A stretch of 64,000 nucleotides of DNA from the human T2T-CHM13v2.0 reference genome, Homo sapiens: assembly GCF_009914755.1 (NCBI RefSeq), contig NC_060937.1, one strand, 5' to 3'. Numbering within the stretch: the first letter of the stretch is position 1; each line of letters opens with the position of its first letter. The position numbers and the translations under genes are program-made. Below the pieces are notes generated by a model, which saw nothing but the letters and a program-made list of their open reading frames with translations, did no database searches and was not told the origin of the DNA. Below, piece by piece: positions 61,809-64,000 of this stretch.

Positions 61809-64000
61809 TAATGGACAATACTAAGTGGTGAGGAGAAGAACTCGGATCCCAGGAGCCCGTGGAGCTGGGGTGCTTGGGCCCAGATAAGTCCGTGGGTCTC
61901 CCTTTCTCCACCTCAGTGCCGTGGAGTTTCCAGAGTTTAGATAAAATGAGATAATACATGGAAACGACGCCCTTAGCATCTGCATCCAGCCTCCACACCC
62001 ACACACGCACAAGAAACCCACTCCCCTTTCCAGGCAAGGCCCGGGCCCCAGGCTGAACCTGCCCCTGCCGGAGCCCCTGCTGTTTCCCAGGTGCAGCCAG
62101 GCCCTGCACCTTCGTCCTCAGGGGTTAAAAATAGCACAGGCAGCTTAGCTGAGCTCGGTTAATAAAATATCCAAGTTAATTTTAGCATTAGGGGAATCTA
62201 GGATCTCTGATGCCAAGGCCCATGTGTGGCCACACAGCCCCTCCTTACACTGTCAGACAGACACAGGGAAAGCCACGGCGTGGCCAGTATCCCTCCCTCA
62301 CATTCACAAAACACTTCTCTTACCTGAGTGAGCCCTAGCCCTCTGAAGACACTGTTGCTACTTTCTCTTATTAAACAGACCATCACCTAATTTGATGCCT
62401 GTAACAGCCCTGTGACCAGCGGCCTCCACCTCCCGTGAGGGAGTCCATCAGGCTGAGAGTGTCAGCTGCCACTTCTAGCAGAGCTGGGCCCGGAGCCCTT
62501 ACCTTCTAGCCCAGGAGCTGGGGCCAGGGAGGCACAGTCCAGGGGACCCTCCAGGCACCCCACTTGTCATTCTCCCTATTCTCACCCGGTGCCACCTCCT
62601 CCTGCTTCAGGTGGGATTCTGTTTGTGATCAGGAGAGGGATAGCTGGGGCTGGAGGCCGGCAGCCCCTGGCCCTCACTGCCCCACAGGCCTGCAGGCACC
62701 AGCGGTTCAATGTTGGGCCAGACCGGCCGTGGGTCTTCTTCACGGACAAGCTCCAGCCTCACAGGAAGGGAGCAAGAGCCCAGCGGAGCCACAGGCACTG
62801 AGCCCAGAGGAGAAAGAAGGGAGCGACCAGAGAGCCACAGGAAGCCCCAGCGGGGAGCCCACGGCAGGCCCGGCCTCCCACGGACGGCATTCCCGGACGC
62901 TGACCGCCTCCAGCTCGACGGCAGGGTCACCGCGGTGCGAGAGCCTTTCCCGCCCTGGACCGCGGGGCTGGCTTTTTTTTTTTCTGTAACAGATTGAGAG
63001 AAACACCTTGTGTGTTGCTCTTTATTGAACACATGTATCAAGATAAGGCGCCACATTTAAAAACAAGCAGTAAGTATTGTGGAAACGGAAGACATCACTG
63101 CGAGGGGAGGAGGCACTGCACGCCTTGGGGGCGGGGGCCCCAAAACAACGCCGTGGCCGTGGCGGAAGTGCCCTCCCTGTGGGTCCCTGACTCATGGAAA
63201 GTCCGAAGCACAGGCTTCCTCAAAGCAGCGATCGCATAGGAAGTGTGGCTCAGTCATGCATGATACACAGACTCTACTGTGAAAGGTTAATGACTGTTTC
63301 AAAAGACACAGTGTTTAAGATGTTTAAGTGCACAGAAGGACATATCCAAAATGATTCCACAAAACTGAAATGCAGAAAGCCAGATTCTTCAAGACAAAGA
63401 CTCCAAATTGTTACCACCAAAGCACCTCACTTCTACGTGGCGCTCTCCTCTTATTACCTCACCTGCAAGAGCTGGAAGGACAAAGAAAGAGGAAGGGGGA
63501 AAGGAGGAAGAGATTCTTTCCATTTTTCCCAATGTCAACGTCTGAATGAGGCCACACACCACCACACATTTCAAAGCTATTTAAGAATTTAAATGGCCAA
63601 TGCCCCTATACCTTAAAAAAAGCTCCCAATCCCCCCAGAAATGTGCTGGCTTTTTTTCTTAGTAAGAGTAGTAGCAGAATTGCTTATGGTATAACTTTAG
63701 GGACAATTCTTGTTCTGGGAGTGAGGGGGCAGGGTGTTAACTTAACCCTGAACAACACTGCCTTGTACGTTCCCACCGGATGTAGTAGACAATAATTGCC
63801 TGGCTTTTGCAAACGGAAAAATGAGGTTATGAAGGGGAAGACACGGGCCCTGGGTCATGCAGCAAGTCACTGGCAGACTCATGGGCAAATCCAGCGCTCC
63901 TGGAGACAAGGCTCAGAGGTGAATGACAGCGAGGGGCCCTCAAATCAACCACAGGGGCACCATCTTGTCTGAGCCTTCAAGACCAGGGACTCAGGCAGGG

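Noticed and set aside
57815-62330. Strong isolated minus-strand donor motifs (TTG|GTAAGA near 57827; CAG|GTAAGA near 62322) as cryptic exons
   Set aside because: I could not pair either with a convincing upstream acceptor, and such motifs are expected by chance in 56 kb.
62780-63240. CpG-enriched patch as the RASA3 promoter or exon 1
   Set aside because: There is no MAVEDEGL-coding sequence and it is too short and weak for the promoter island. Exon 1 must lie beyond the window end.

Overview
This is human (primate) subtelomeric genomic DNA. It is GC-rich, carries Alu, L1, MIR and LTR elements, and lies wholly inside the minus-strand gene RASA3 (GAP1-IP4BP, 13q34). The only protein-coding sequence I can support is the 118-nt RASA3 exon 2 (7713-7830, minus strand; [39 protein letters not shown], start of the C2A domain) with canonical AG/GT ends. 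Positions 1-7712 are intron 2 and 7831-64000 are intron 1; exons 1 and 3 are outside the window. About 20 separate minisatellites/VNTRs make up roughly 15 kb (about a quarter of the window) and account for all of the longest ORFs in the supplied track. Three observations stand out. (1) A 26-nt candidate cassette microexon (11829-11854) is built on the antisense of an AATAAA+poly(A) tail; its inclusion would shift the exon-1 frame so that it stops on a TGA overlapping the Met33 ATG (AUGA stop-start). (2) A ~46-copy 54-bp array has interior units that each carry a consensus NF-kB site next to ETS/PU.1 and near-NF-E2 motifs. (3) Other VNTRs multiply E-box, MYB, Kozak-ATG, G4 and PRDM9-type motifs. 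Repeat subfamilies and boundaries were called by eye and are approximate; the functional ideas are hypotheses.
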